DNA of 64,000 nucleotides from Candidatus Hydrogenedentota bacterium (GCA_963745075.1 CAVUWV010000031.1:1-64000), one strand, 5' to 3'; counted from the stretch's first letter, positions 21,597 to 32,176 are shown. The notes: generated by a model from the letters alone, not told the origin. A program made the numbers and translations.

Positions 21597-21845
21597 GCCA
21601 ACGCCCCGGCACCGCCAAAGGTGTCGTGTTCATGACCCTCGAAGACGAGACCGGCTTCGTCAACCTCGTGATCTGGGAACGCGTGTTCCGCGAACACGAA
21701 ACCATCGCCAAAACCGCGTCCCTCCTCGGCGTCACCGGCAAACTCCAGTCGGATTCGGGAACCACCCACCTCGTCGCGGAGGAGTTGTGGCTGCCGGAAT
21801 TGGGAGCCGCGCCGCACGAAACGCGGAGCCGGGACTTTCATTGAA
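21597..21845 (+). repeat. Direct repeat copy 2 (orphan dnaE2 3' end)
   Basis: Encodes [19 protein letters not shown]...SRDFH-stop with no upstream gene body. Confidence 0.95.
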
Positions 21846-21914
21846 TGAATACTTCGAAAACCGGGTCCTGTCTCCTTCGAAGTCTTGGCACAAAAGGATT
21901 TACGCAATACTTCG

Positions 21915-21943
21915 TTGACAGATCCCGGAACAGGTTTTACAAT
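21915..21943 (+). promoter_or_regulatory. Sigma70 promoter upstream of cfa
   Basis: TTGACA-17 bp-TACAAT. Confidence 0.7.
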
Positions 21944-22038
21944 AGCAGTAGAATTGTTTGTGATCGTTACAACTAATCCTGGCGCATTTACTCGGGAGTG
22001 ACAACTTTCCATCTTGTGACGTGGAAGGAGGTCCTCCA

Positions 22039-23229
22039 ATGTATTCCACCAAGAAGTCTACACGCGAAATCAATAAGCTATTGGAAGCGGCGGACGTACG
22101 CATTGACGGCGACCGCCCCTGGGATATCCAGATCCACGACGACCGTCTCTACCATCGTGTACTGGCGCACGGCTCCCTCGGTCTCGGCGAAGCCTACATG
22201 GACGGCTGGTGGGACTGCCGCCGGCTCGACCAGTTCTTCTATCGGGTACTCTCCGTCGAGTTGGACGAGGAAATTCAACCGTGGACCGCGGTTCTTCGCG
22301 CCCTGGTCGCACGGCTGGTCAATTTCCAACGCGCGTCCCGTGCCTACCTCATCGGCCGCCGCCACTACGACATCGGCAATGATCTGTACCGCGCCATGCT
22401 CGACCAACGGATGATTTACAGTTGCGGCTACTGGCGCGACGCGACCACGCTGGAAGACGCCCAACGGGCAAAGCTCGACCTCGTCTGCCAGAAGCTGGGA
22501 CTGGAACCCGGCATGCGCGTGCTGGACATCGGCTGCGGCTGGGGCGGCGCCGCCCAATACGCCGCGGAACGGTATGGGGTCAATGTCGTAGGCATCACCG
22601 TGTCACGCGAACAGGTCAAGCAGGCGCGAGAATTGTGCCGCGACTTTCCCGTTTCCATCCGGCTTCAGGATTACCGCGACCTTAATGAGAAGTTTGACCG
22701 TATCTTCTCCATCGGCATGTTCGAGCACGTGGGTTTCAAGAACCACGAACGGTTCATGCAAGTCGTGAAACGCTGCCTGAAACCGGATGGCCGATTCCTC
22801 CTGCACACCATCGGCGACAACCAGGCCGTGGTCCGGGGCGACCCCTGGATCGAAAAATACATCTTCCCGAACTCCCTGCTGCCGTCGCCTTCACAGATTA
22901 GCAAGGCCATCGAGGGCCGGTTTGTGATGGAGGACTGGGAGAACTTCGGCGCGTACTACGACAAGACGCTCATGTGCTGGTACCGCAATTTCCAACGCGC
23001 CTGGCCGCGTCTCAAGTCGCAGTACGACAACCGCTTCTACCGGATGTGGACGTACTACCTGCTGTCCTGCGCCGGGACTTTCCGCGCCCGCAAGACTCAG
23101 CTCTGGCAAGTGCTTTTGTCGGACAAGGGTATGCCCGGAGGGTTCGATCGCAGATCGGTGGCCGTTGCGGAGAAGGAAAGCCTCGCCGTACCCACGTGGA
23201 CTCAGCGGCACAGTGTCCAGCCGCATTAA
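22039..23229 (+). CDS. cfa: Cyclopropane fatty acyl phospholipid synthase
   Basis: AAGGAGG RBS; GSLGLGEAYMDGWW, HYDIGNDL, YSCGYW, VLDIGCGWG, SIGMFEHVG, RMWTYYL. Confidence 0.93.
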   Translation: MYSTKKSTREINKLLEAADVRIDGDRPWDIQIHDDRLYHRVLAHGSLGLGEAYMDGWWDCRRLDQFFYRVLSVELDEEIQPWTAVLRALVARLVNFQRASRAYLIGRRHYDIGNDLYRAMLDQRMIYSCGYWRDATTLEDAQRAKLDLVCQKLGLEPGMRVLDIGCGWGGAAQYAAERYGVNVVGITVSREQVKQARELCRDFPVSIRLQDYRDLNEKFDRIFSIGMFEHVGFKNHERFMQVVKRCLKPDGRFLLHTIGDNQAVVRGDPWIEKYIFPNSLLPSPSQISKAIEGRFVMEDWENFGAYYDKTLMCWYRNFQRAWPRLKSQYDNRFYRMWTYYLLSCAGTFRARKTQLWQVLLSDKGMPGGFDRRSVAVAEKESLAVPTWTQRHSVQPH

Positions 23230-23446
23230 GGGCCAGTACTCCGCATAAAATGGCCGTATGCCGACTTTGTTTGGGAGGAATACTCGGCGTTTTGCTGAAG
23301 TCTTCCTCCCTTTCCTTTTCAAACCTTACCAATTGGTAACGCCGCGGTCATCTGAGCGTCAGCAATCCGGTGTACACTGACGCCCATTGCTTTCCCCTAC
23401 GTGGGCTTACAAGGCCGACCTCGCGCAGAATCCTGGAGACAAGACC

Positions 23447-24232
23447 ATGAACAAAGTCGCGCAAATAACCCTGTATTTCTGGATCATGAAGATTTGCGCC
23501 ACGACCCTGGGGGAAACCGCGGGCGACCTCCTGTCGATGACGATGAACGTGGGCTACGCGCTGAGTTCCATTATCCTGATCGGCATCTTCCTCGGTTCGT
23601 TGGGAGCGCAGCTTGCCTCGAAGAAGTTCCACCCGACATTGTTCTGGACCGTCATCCTGACCACCAGCACTGCCGGCACGACCATGTCCGACTACATGGA
23701 CCGCACGCTCGGGTTGGGCTATGCGAAGGGTTCCTTGATCCTGGCCACGTTGTTATTCCTGGTCCTCGTGGTCTGGCACTTCAGCGAAAAGACCATTTCC
23801 GTCAACAACGTGCATACAACGAAAGTCGAACTCTTCTATTGGACGGCGATCTTGATCTCGAACACGCTGGGCACGGCCTTGGGCGACTATCTGGCAGATG
23901 ATTCCGGTTTGGGATTCTTTGGCAGCGCGGCGCTCATCGCGGGCCTGATCGCGCTGGTGGCCGTCGCACGATACGCCACCCCCATCAATCGCGTGACGCT
24001 GTTTTGGATCGCCTTCGTCTTGACGCGTCCCTTTGGCGCAACCTTCGGCGACCTGCTCACTAAACCCATCGAAAGCGGCGGGCTGGGGTTTGGCACCATC
24101 GGGTCGTCGCTAGTGCTCGCCGTCCTACTCGTGGCGTTTGTCGCGCGAACCAGCATCGTCGCCCGGCGGACGCTGGAGGAAACGGCCCCACCACCATCCA
24201 CATGCGCGGACGCCGTAGGCACTATCGAGTAG
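23447..24232 (+). CDS. COG4705/DUF347-repeat membrane protein
   Basis: FWIMKICATTLGETAGD, AGTTMSD, NTLGTALGD, LTRPFGATFGDLL repeats. Confidence 0.85.
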   Translation: MNKVAQITLYFWIMKICATTLGETAGDLLSMTMNVGYALSSIILIGIFLGSLGAQLASKKFHPTLFWTVILTTSTAGTTMSDYMDRTLGLGYAKGSLILATLLFLVLVVWHFSEKTISVNNVHTTKVELFYWTAILISNTLGTALGDYLADDSGLGFFGSAALIAGLIALVAVARYATPINRVTLFWIAFVLTRPFGATFGDLLTKPIESGGLGFGTIGSSLVLAVLLVAFVARTSIVARRTLEETAPPPSTCADAVGTIE

Positions 24233-24411
24233 CCCTGAACGGTAGCTATTCGCAGTACCGTGCGCGGGGAAGTTCGAGTCCAACCGCAAATCCATCGCCG
24301 GGCATGGTATAACATCGGGACGACGGGTGATGGCACCCGCCGCACGTACCTGGAAGGCGCGGGACAGGTCGAGGTTCGGCAGACCTGCGTAGCACGTTTC
24401 GATGGACAGAC

Positions 24412-25755
24412 ATGTTCACAGGATTGCGCGTACAAAGTCCTCGGGGAAAGCTCGTCGGATGCATCATTTGTCTGTTCCTGACCGGTACCGTTTCCTGGCT
24501 GGTCCTGACGGAACACGATTCGATCTGGCCAATCCGAAACACCGTCCAGTACCACGTGCTCTCATGGTGGTGGATGTGGGTTGGCACGCCGAATTCCGGT
24601 GTCGCGGGCGTCTTGGAGGGTTTTGTCCGCGATGCGAAGGGAAACCCGTTGCAGTCCGCACGAGTGCTGGTCGCCCGTTACGACGGTACAGCCTACAGCG
24701 CCGAAACCGACAACAATGGGCGATTTCGAATTCCTGATATTCCCGCCGGCGCCTACCGTCCGGTGGCTGGAGCGACGGGGTACGACGACAACGTCATCGG
24801 CGGTTTCTGGTCGCCCGTGGTCGTCCGCCCGGACACGGCAACGGAAGTGGACGTTCAATTGGTCCGCTCTCTTCATCCGGTCGAGCATCAACTACCGACG
24901 ATGCGACTGGAACAGGCCATTGAAGCGAGCTGTAAGCTGCCATTCCCGTGCCGAGGGCAGCGACGCACAGTCCGCATTACAGCGGCACATCACAAAAACC
25001 AGCTTGTGTATTATTACACCCCACTTTCTCAAGAGAAAGCGGAACTGCCCATTCTATTGTGTGTTTACCCGGGCCCGGCCGATCTCTGGGAATCGGTCAG
25101 CCTTACGCTTGTGGCAGAGAATTACGCCGTGATTGCCGCGGGGCCGGACTACACCTTCGCAATGGAAACCCAGGTGGATGACTTGATGACTCTGCTCACG
25201 TTGGCGCAAGACGGGAAGTTTCCCGATGCCGACCCTTCCCGCATTGCGCTGGTCGGCGGGAGCTACAGCAGCCTTCACGTCGAACGCATGCTGGAACGCG
25301 GCGTCCACGTAAAGGCCGTGCTTCTGATGGGGCCGGTTGTGGACTTATTCGACATGCGGCGGCGTTTGGAGGATGGTACTTTCATACCGCCGTACGGGTT
25401 GGATGCCGCCCTACGGAGTCTCGGTTTTCCCAATCGCCACCCCTTCCGTTACTGGCAGTATTCTGGTTTATACCACATTCACGCAGACTTTCCGCCCATT
25501 AGCATCCTCCATAGCAAAGCCGACGAAATTGTCCCCTACCAGCAGAGCGAAGCATTCGCCGAGGCGCTTGAAGAGGCCGGAGTCCCGCACGAGGTTCACT
25601 TTTTCGATGGCGGGAGCCACTACCTCTTTGCGGGGGACGAGTCCTGGCGCGAAATGTACAACATCACCCTAAAGTTTTTGGCAGCCCACCTCAGGGAGCC
25701 TGTCGCCGTTGCCTTCGGCCCGTTCCACCGCCGCGAAATGCGCGCACGCCATTAG
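24412..25755 (+). CDS. Membrane-anchored carboxypeptidase-regulatory-like domain plus alpha/beta hydrolase (S9-like)
   Basis: N-terminal TM, GFVRDAKGNPL...TDNNGRF, GGSYS nucleophile elbow, HSKADEIVP, GGSH. Confidence 0.7.
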   Translation: MFTGLRVQSPRGKLVGCIICLFLTGTVSWLVLTEHDSIWPIRNTVQYHVLSWWWMWVGTPNSGVAGVLEGFVRDAKGNPLQSARVLVARYDGTAYSAETDNNGRFRIPDIPAGAYRPVAGATGYDDNVIGGFWSPVVVRPDTATEVDVQLVRSLHPVEHQLPTMRLEQAIEASCKLPFPCRGQRRTVRITAAHHKNQLVYYYTPLSQEKAELPILLCVYPGPADLWESVSLTLVAENYAVIAAGPDYTFAMETQVDDLMTLLTLAQDGKFPDADPSRIALVGGSYSSLHVERMLERGVHVKAVLLMGPVVDLFDMRRRLEDGTFIPPYGLDAALRSLGFPNRHPFRYWQYSGLYHIHADFPPISILHSKADEIVPYQQSEAFAEALEEAGVPHEVHFFDGGSHYLFAGDESWREMYNITLKFLAAHLREPVAVAFGPFHRREMRARH

Positions 25756-25792
25756 AACTGGCGCACACTCCGGGTATGAATTGGGTCTACGC

Positions 25793-28168
25793 CTAGCGTC
25801 TCGCATGCTCAGATTCTTCCGAATGTTTTGCCTCGGAAACCGAATCCGTATCCAGCCAAAGCAGCAGCGACGGAAGGAGCAAGAAGTCGGCAGCCAGCGC
25901 AAATGCGATGATGATGGCGGTAAGGGATCCGAGGCTGCTGTTAACCTTAAACGAAGAACATGAGACGATTAGAAACCCCGCACCCAAGATCACCGAGGTG
26001 ATCACGAGTGCCGAGCCGACCGTGTTGAATGCGAATTGGACGGAATCCGGCGCAGATTGTCCGAGCCGCTGCCGCGCATAGGCGTACTTGCTGAGGAAGT
26101 GCACCGTGTCGTCAACAACGAATCCCAGGCTCATCGCTCCGACCGTCCACACGGCGAATCCCACGTTGCCATTGAAGATCCCCCAGACGCCGAACGCGCA
26201 CACCGCCGGCACGATGTTGGGAATGAGGCTGATAAGCGCGTATTTGGGTTTTCGCAAGGCAAATAGCATTACCGACGCGATCAGCACGAACGCCACGGCC
26301 GTCCCATAGATCATGCCATGAATATTGCGTCTGGCGAGGTGCGCGAACATGATGGCCGGACCCGTGCCGTCGCTGACCATACAGGCGGGCGCGTGGTCGC
26401 GCAACCACTGCGTTCCGGATTCGGACAGATGAAGCAGCTGATTCGACGTAATGTTTCGCGTAAGCACGACGATACGCATTGCCGAACGATTGTCATTGAG
26501 ATGGCTATCGAGTTCGAGACCTTGCGGCAAGGACATTTCGTACAACAGCAAGTACTGTGCAGCTAATTCACGCTTGCCGGGAACTCGATACCATTCCGGG
26601 TCGTCGCCGTGCATGTTCATGTTAAGCCGTTTGATCGTATTCACCAGCGAATCCACGTGCACGACCCCGGTCCGATCGCGCAGCCATTGCGTGAAGGTAT
26701 CGACCGTTTCAAGATACTTCGGAGAAACGACGCCGTCGGGCTCGCCTGAGTCCGGCGAATAGACGATCATATAGGCTCCAACCACATGGTCAATCGCAAA
26801 CTCGGTCGCTTGGCGAAATGCAGTCGATCGATCGAAATACTCCACCCACCGATCGTTGATCTCGTTGCGCGGGATCGCGAGCGCGAGCAATATGACGATC
26901 GAGACACACGATGCGAGAAGAACGCGAAAGCGGGCCACGACGAACCTACCTAACCCGTCGACGAGTTTGTCCAGTTTTGGCCGCCGAGGTTTCGCCCGAA
27001 TGGTTACCATCGCCAATAGGACCGGAACCAGGATCATTGTGTAAACGTACGCACTGGCAACCCCCATCGCCGTAATGTTGCCCACGTCACGCAACGGGGG
27101 TGAATCGGCAAAGTTCATGGCCAAAAAGCCGATTACTGTCGTCAAACTCGTGAGGAATACCGGAATCAAGTTCATTTGCATGCTGTGCAACAACGCGCTT
27201 CGTTGATCCTCCCCACTCCACATCCGCCGCATAGTGGTCATCAGAATGTGAACGCAATCCAGTACTGCAAGCGTCAGAATCAATGTCGGAGCGGAGGACG
27301 ACGAAGCGGATAATTCATAACCGAACCATCCCGCCAGCCCCATTCCGGTAGCTGTGGATAAGGCGACGACGGCGACCGTAACAAGGGTAGCCACGATTGA
27401 GCGTAACAACAGGAAAACCGCAAGGATTACGCCGAGATACATCAGGGGCGCGAGTTTTCGGACATCCCGTAAGGCCGCCTCCTTGAACGCCACGTTCATG
27501 GCAAGCCGGCCCGTCAGATACACGTCAACCCCGGGATACTTCTGCCGTATCGTCTCTGCAGCGCGTTTCGCACCGGCAATAACTTCGTCCTGCGCGCCGT
27601 TTGCATTCTTCGGCAGACGAATCAAGACGTTGATACCCGCGACGTCTCCCTTCGGGGAAATCACGTAGTTCACGAGGTCGGAACTGGTCACGCATATTTG
27701 GCGCACTTTGGTCAGTGCTTCCGGGGATTTTGCTTCAAAGTCATCCAAGAGTCCCGATACGAAAACATCATCCCCGTCCGCGCGGCTGTACTGGTAATTG
27801 GCAATCGAATCGACCCGCTGGACGTATGGGATGCGCCACGCTTCTTCCGTCAATTCACGCAGGGCACGGAGCGCCGTCTTGGTGAAGACTTCGCCGTCGT
27901 CCGGTGCGAAAACAAAATAGATATTGTCCAGTTGCGTGTATTCTTCTTCCAGGTATTGGTAGGCTTGCAGCTGCGGGTCATTGGCACTGAACAGCGCCCG
28001 GTAATTCTCATTAATGGACAAGAACTTCATGCCCGCAGCAAGACCACCGGCCGCGACGAGAATCAGGAACAATAGTGGCCACCGCCGGCGGGCTAGAAGA
28101 GCAAGGTAGACCTCGACGCCGTTTCCAGCGGATAGCTCGCGCGCTCGATACCAAGACATACGGTTCAT
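25793..28168 (-). CDS. MMPL/RND-family transporter
   Basis: Two repeats with DCVH/DDTVHF, LTSLTTVIGF, ITSVILGAGF; about 12 TM segments. Confidence 0.88.
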   Translation of the reverse strand: MNRMSWYRARELSAGNGVEVYLALLARRRWPLLFLILVAAGGLAAGMKFLSINENYRALFSANDPQLQAYQYLEEEYTQLDNIYFVFAPDDGEVFTKTALRALRELTEEAWRIPYVQRVDSIANYQYSRADGDDVFVSGLLDDFEAKSPEALTKVRQICVTSSDLVNYVISPKGDVAGINVLIRLPKNANGAQDEVIAGAKRAAETIRQKYPGVDVYLTGRLAMNVAFKEAALRDVRKLAPLMYLGVILAVFLLLRSIVATLVTVAVVALSTATGMGLAGWFGYELSASSSSAPTLILTLAVLDCVHILMTTMRRMWSGEDQRSALLHSMQMNLIPVFLTSLTTVIGFLAMNFADSPPLRDVGNITAMGVASAYVYTMILVPVLLAMVTIRAKPRRPKLDKLVDGLGRFVVARFRVLLASCVSIVILLALAIPRNEINDRWVEYFDRSTAFRQATEFAIDHVVGAYMIVYSPDSGEPDGVVSPKYLETVDTFTQWLRDRTGVVHVDSLVNTIKRLNMNMHGDDPEWYRVPGKRELAAQYLLLYEMSLPQGLELDSHLNDNRSAMRIVVLTRNITSNQLLHLSESGTQWLRDHAPACMVSDGTGPAIMFAHLARRNIHGMIYGTAVAFVLIASVMLFALRKPKYALISLIPNIVPAVCAFGVWGIFNGNVGFAVWTVGAMSLGFVVDDTVHFLSKYAYARQRLGQSAPDSVQFAFNTVGSALVITSVILGAGFLIVSCSSFKVNSSLGSLTAIIIAFALAADFLLLPSLLLWLDTDSVSEAKHSEESEHARR

Positions 28169-28291
28169 GGCAGCAGACGCGAACCAAAGGAAAAGCGATG
28201 CGCTTCGACCACGTATGCGTGACTTCGCCCGTGCCGGTGCCGCGCGTGGCGCATCACAGACTCAACCCCGGTAGCCCTTGGGCGCACTGCG

Positions 28292-31200
28292 TCATACCGT
28301 TTCCGCGATCTCAAGGGCGTCCTGCCTGACCGGCGGGGGAATCAAGCCTGCTCGCAACAGATGCTGGACAATATAGTTGACCGTATCGGAGAGTCTGGGC
28401 TCCCTCGCGTCCGGGCAGACGCGGTCCAGGGCCGCGCGGTAGTGCCGGTTATCGTAACGTTTGTGCTCCATTGGTTTGAACTTTCGATACGAACGGTTAA
28501 AGAATACCAGCAGTGGATACAGCGGGTCGTCCGGCGTACAACGCCGATTCATCTCCTCAATGAATCGCGGAAGGCTGTAGTACGTGAATGAGTAGCCGAA
28601 CTGCGCGCCGATAATCCGCGTCACGTCCATCAGGTTGTAATACCGCGTCGTCGTGACTTGAAAGGTGGAGGACGGCGTGTGTTTCAATGTGAATATGCGC
28701 GCGATGTGGTCCGACACAAGGTCGGCAGGTAGAAAGCTGATCTGATTGGCCGCGTCGACCCCCACACCATGTTTAATCATGAACGCGAGAAGCCGAACAA
28801 TGATATCATCCTTGCTCCCGATGCCCCGCGAAGAAGCGGATATCAGCGATGGACGGTAGATTCGAACGGGATGTCCGTGGCGTTCCGCGTTGCGCACCAG
28901 GTGTTCCGCTACGCATTTGGTTTGAGCGTACCCGAAATCGAGTTCCTCCATATCGGCATTGTAATGGTGCTCTGCGGCGATCGGTCTCGCTCGCCAGCCG
29001 TGGATAAACGTACTGGAGATCAGGTGAAACGGCTTAGTTCTCTCGGTGGCCGACAACCGTAGAAGCTCCCGCGTACCATCGACGTTGAACGGCCGGAGCG
29101 CGCCATAACTGAGCACATAGTTCACCCACGCACCGTTGTGGACGACAGCATCGACTTCCTCGGCCAGTCGTTGCCATTGATCGTCCGCCAATCCGAGCCG
29201 GGGCAATCCCAAGTCGCCGCAGACGACGCGGACGCGGGAGAAAACCTGCTCCTGAAGTTCGCGAGTCCAGATCGCCGATCGACGCATCGCCTCCACGAGG
29301 CGCGCACGGCCATGGTTTGGATCGGCCGCGCGCGTCAGTACGTCGACGGCGCACCTCGTCCGCTGCAACAAGCTCCCCAGCAGAAAAGGCCCGAAAAAAC
29401 CGCTCGCGCCCGTCAGAAATATGGTTTGCGGTTCGTCTCGCGCGTCCTCCAATGAATCCGTGGGAGGATGCCATTGGGCATCGGCCCGCATACACTCCAA
29501 TTCGTGCGCATTGTCTTCAAGGTGGCGCGCTTCCAGCCATGGACGCAATGCGGTTTCGGACCCCTCCGGGCTGACGTCGTAGGCTTCCGCAAGACGGGAC
29601 AGTTCCGCGATGGTCAACCGTTGGAGGAATCGTGCGTCCAACTCCGACGCCAAATTCGTCAGTCCGCGACGTTCCAGGTGATGCTGAATCTTCAACGTCA
29701 GGTCGACCAAGGTGAGGGAATCAAGGCCGATGTCGGTCAGCGTGACCTCTTCCATTCCTCCGACTTGGTAGCATTCCCGGACGTCTTCGAGTATTTCCGT
29801 CAGACTGCCGGCCTCCTTTCGCTCAGACTCGACATGTACGAATGACACCAGAACCGGTATCGCGCCTCGCAACCAACGTTCCCGTGTTTCGTTGCGAGCG
29901 ACCTTTCCCGATGTGGTCTTGGAAATAGAGCGAGGCGGCACGAACGCGACTTGGTAGGGATCGATGAAATAGTGAGCCCGGATGGCTTGCGCGACTGCGG
30001 CCGGCTCGACGAGATCGTGGCTCGGGCGGGCTTCGACCAATACGACGAGGCGTTCTTCGCCTTGGTGCTCCACGGCGAACGCGGCGGCCGCAACCGGTCC
30101 CAGTGGCGAGCGGTGTGGAAATGCCGCTTGGACAATGGCCTCGATATCCTGGGGATAGTAATTGGTCCCGCGAACAATGATCATATCCTTGACGCGACCG
30201 CATACGAATAGTTCACCTTCATGGAGAAAGCCCAGATCGCCGGTGCGCAGGTAATTGCGATCTGCATGTGGATCGTTATTGATTCGTGCGTGAAACACCG
30301 TTTCGGTCAGCTCCGGCTGTTCCCAGTATCCGGGGCACTTGCTCTCCCCGTCGATCCAGATTTCGCCGATAGCGCCTTCGCCCAAATCGCAGCGCGAATC
30401 CGGGTCCACGATACGGACATCGAGGGTTGGCAACGGATGACCGCAACTGACGAGGGAAATCTGGTTGTTATTTCGTGTCCGCGCTTTGTGGATAGACAGC
30501 TGTCGCCGTTGCATCCGTTGTTTTTGGACGGTGAGGGTTTGCCGCCCGCGTAACGAGACCGCGATCGTGTTCTCCGCCAGACCATAGCCGGCCTGGTACG
30601 ATTCCCACGGCAAACCGTACTTGGAAAAGCGCTCATAGAAACGCGCATGCGTCTCGGCATGGACCGGTTCGGCGGCATTCAACATAATCTTCAGTGAACT
30701 CAGGTCCACGTCACACAACGCCGCGTCGGGGACTTTGTTCTCGCGAAGACAATAGCCGTAAGCAAAGTTGGGCGCCGCGGTCAATGTCGCACGCACGCGA
30801 GAAATGGTTTTCAGCCAGAGCGCAGGCCGTTTCAAGAAATCGAAAGGCGAGAAACCGTAATTGGTGCCACCCAGAACGAACATCGACAAATGGTGACCAA
30901 TAAGGCCCATGTCGTGATACTGCGGCAACCAGGATACCCCTACGGGGCAGTGCTGCAGGGTGATGCGGGCGTTGTGCAATACGTTTCGGTGCGTCACGAC
31001 GACACCTTTGGGGTCCCCCGTGGAGCCCGACGTGTATTGCAGGAACAAAACGGGATTTGTCTGCCTGCGTGCGAAGCGACCACCCGGCTCAGGAACCGTG
31101 TCCGTCGCCAGCCACTGTATGAATTGCAGCAGCGGCGTCTTTATAAGGTCGCGCCTGCTCGAGGTGAACGCGTCGGGTGACCCGCGCAAATAGCTGGAAG

Positions 31201-31555
31201 TCGTGAGTGCGAGACGTGCCCCGCAATCCCGTGCTATGTGTTCGATTCGGGCAGCGCCCGCCCCGGATGTCATCGACATCGGGGCACAAACCGGCACCGG
31301 AATCACGCCGAGGTTCACGGTCGCAAAGAAGGCCGCCATCAGCTCCAGTCCGGGCGGATAAACCAGCAAGACACGGTCGCCGTATTGGAGCGCGGTCAGC
31401 TCGGCCAACTGCTGCGCTAGGCTCAATGCACGCTCGTAAAACTGCTGATACGTGTATTGCTCCCGGCAATTACCTCGCCCATCCAAAAAGCCGAAAAGGA
31501 TCTTCTCGGGCTGTGCTTGCGCCCAATACTCCAGGCAGTCGACAAGGGTTTCCAT
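28292..31555 (-). CDS. Fatty acyl-AMP ligase - acyl carrier - thioester reductase fusion
   Basis: LQYTSGSTGDPKG, SWLPQYHDMGLIG, YGLAENT, LRTGDLG, KTTSGK; carrier motif IGLDSL; SDR reductase FLTGASGFFG and YAQTK. Confidence 0.9.
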   Translation of the reverse strand: METLVDCLEYWAQAQPEKILFGFLDGRGNCREQYTYQQFYERALSLAQQLAELTALQYGDRVLLVYPPGLELMAAFFATVNLGVIPVPVCAPMSMTSGAGAARIEHIARDCGARLALTTSSYLRGSPDAFTSSRRDLIKTPLLQFIQWLATDTVPEPGGRFARRQTNPVLFLQYTSGSTGDPKGVVVTHRNVLHNARITLQHCPVGVSWLPQYHDMGLIGHHLSMFVLGGTNYGFSPFDFLKRPALWLKTISRVRATLTAAPNFAYGYCLRENKVPDAALCDVDLSSLKIMLNAAEPVHAETHARFYERFSKYGLPWESYQAGYGLAENTIAVSLRGRQTLTVQKQRMQRRQLSIHKARTRNNNQISLVSCGHPLPTLDVRIVDPDSRCDLGEGAIGEIWIDGESKCPGYWEQPELTETVFHARINNDPHADRNYLRTGDLGFLHEGELFVCGRVKDMIIVRGTNYYPQDIEAIVQAAFPHRSPLGPVAAAAFAVEHQGEERLVVLVEARPSHDLVEPAAVAQAIRAHYFIDPYQVAFVPPRSISKTTSGKVARNETRERWLRGAIPVLVSFVHVESERKEAGSLTEILEDVRECYQVGGMEEVTLTDIGLDSLTLVDLTLKIQHHLERRGLTNLASELDARFLQRLTIAELSRLAEAYDVSPEGSETALRPWLEARHLEDNAHELECMRADAQWHPPTDSLEDARDEPQTIFLTGASGFFGPFLLGSLLQRTRCAVDVLTRAADPNHGRARLVEAMRRSAIWTRELQEQVFSRVRVVCGDLGLPRLGLADDQWQRLAEEVDAVVHNGAWVNYVLSYGALRPFNVDGTRELLRLSATERTKPFHLISSTFIHGWRARPIAAEHHYNADMEELDFGYAQTKCVAEHLVRNAERHGHPVRIYRPSLISASSRGIGSKDDIIVRLLAFMIKHGVGVDAANQISFLPADLVSDHIARIFTLKHTPSSTFQVTTTRYYNLMDVTRIIGAQFGYSFTYYSLPRFIEEMNRRCTPDDPLYPLLVFFNRSYRKFKPMEHKRYDNRHYRAALDRVCPDAREPRLSDTVNYIVQHLLRAGLIPPPVRQDALEIAETV

Positions 31556-31975
31556 TTGCCGAGTCCTTCAGAAATCGCGGTGCGTGCGGCAGCATTGCGC
31601 TGTGACTCAGCCTCGCCGTGGCCACCGTTCCAACCTTGCAGTGAAAGGAGTGTATCCGAGCGTGGCGCGAGGTTGCCAGTCAATTCTGTGCTTGTGCGCA
31701 TGGAGGAGCTGGACTCATGGAGTGGTCAGGACCAATGGTAATCGCTGATCCGGGCCGCTACGGATAGGGCACATCCTCGCGGAAATCAAGGGGTAATCGA
31801 AATAGGCTAAGGCTTGAAGGGACCCTTCCGTGAGGCAACGGTTTACAAAACCCGTCTCTGAGACAGCAAGTTACCCACGTTGTCTGCGTATTAAGAGTGA
31901 ACAGCCAGGGCGAGGCAATAAGAAACCCCCGGAGATGAATTGCCCTAAACCCCTGATATCCGGGGGGATGATTAA

Positions 31976-32050
31976 TGGCAGCCCGTAGGGGAATCGAACC
32001 CCTGTGACGGGACTGAGAATCCCGCATCCTAACCGCTAGATGAACGGGCC
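31976..32050 (-). tRNA. tRNA-Glu (CTC)
   Basis: Cloverleaf: GGCCCGT acceptor, anticodon loop TTCTCAG, GGTTCGATTCC, CCA end. Confidence 0.95.
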
Positions 32051-32090
32051 GCGGTCTTCAACGGACGTTGGGTTACGCCCGGAATAGAAA

Positions 32091-32166
32091 TGGTTGCCGG
32101 ACCAGGGTTCGAACCTGGAGTCTCCTGATCCAGAGTCAGGCGCCTTACCAATTTGGCCATCCGGCA
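32091..32166 (-). tRNA. tRNA-Gln (CTG)
   Basis: TGCCGGA acceptor, CCTGA-CTCTGGA-TCAGG anticodon arm, GGTTCGAACC, CCA end. Confidence 0.95.
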
Positions 32167-32176
32167 ATACAACGGA

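Noticed and set aside
21565..21600. tRNA-like fragment GAGGTCCCAGGGTTCAATTC at the RM right junction
   Set aside because: Only a T-loop-like string; no stems or CCA, and no match to the tRNAs in the window.
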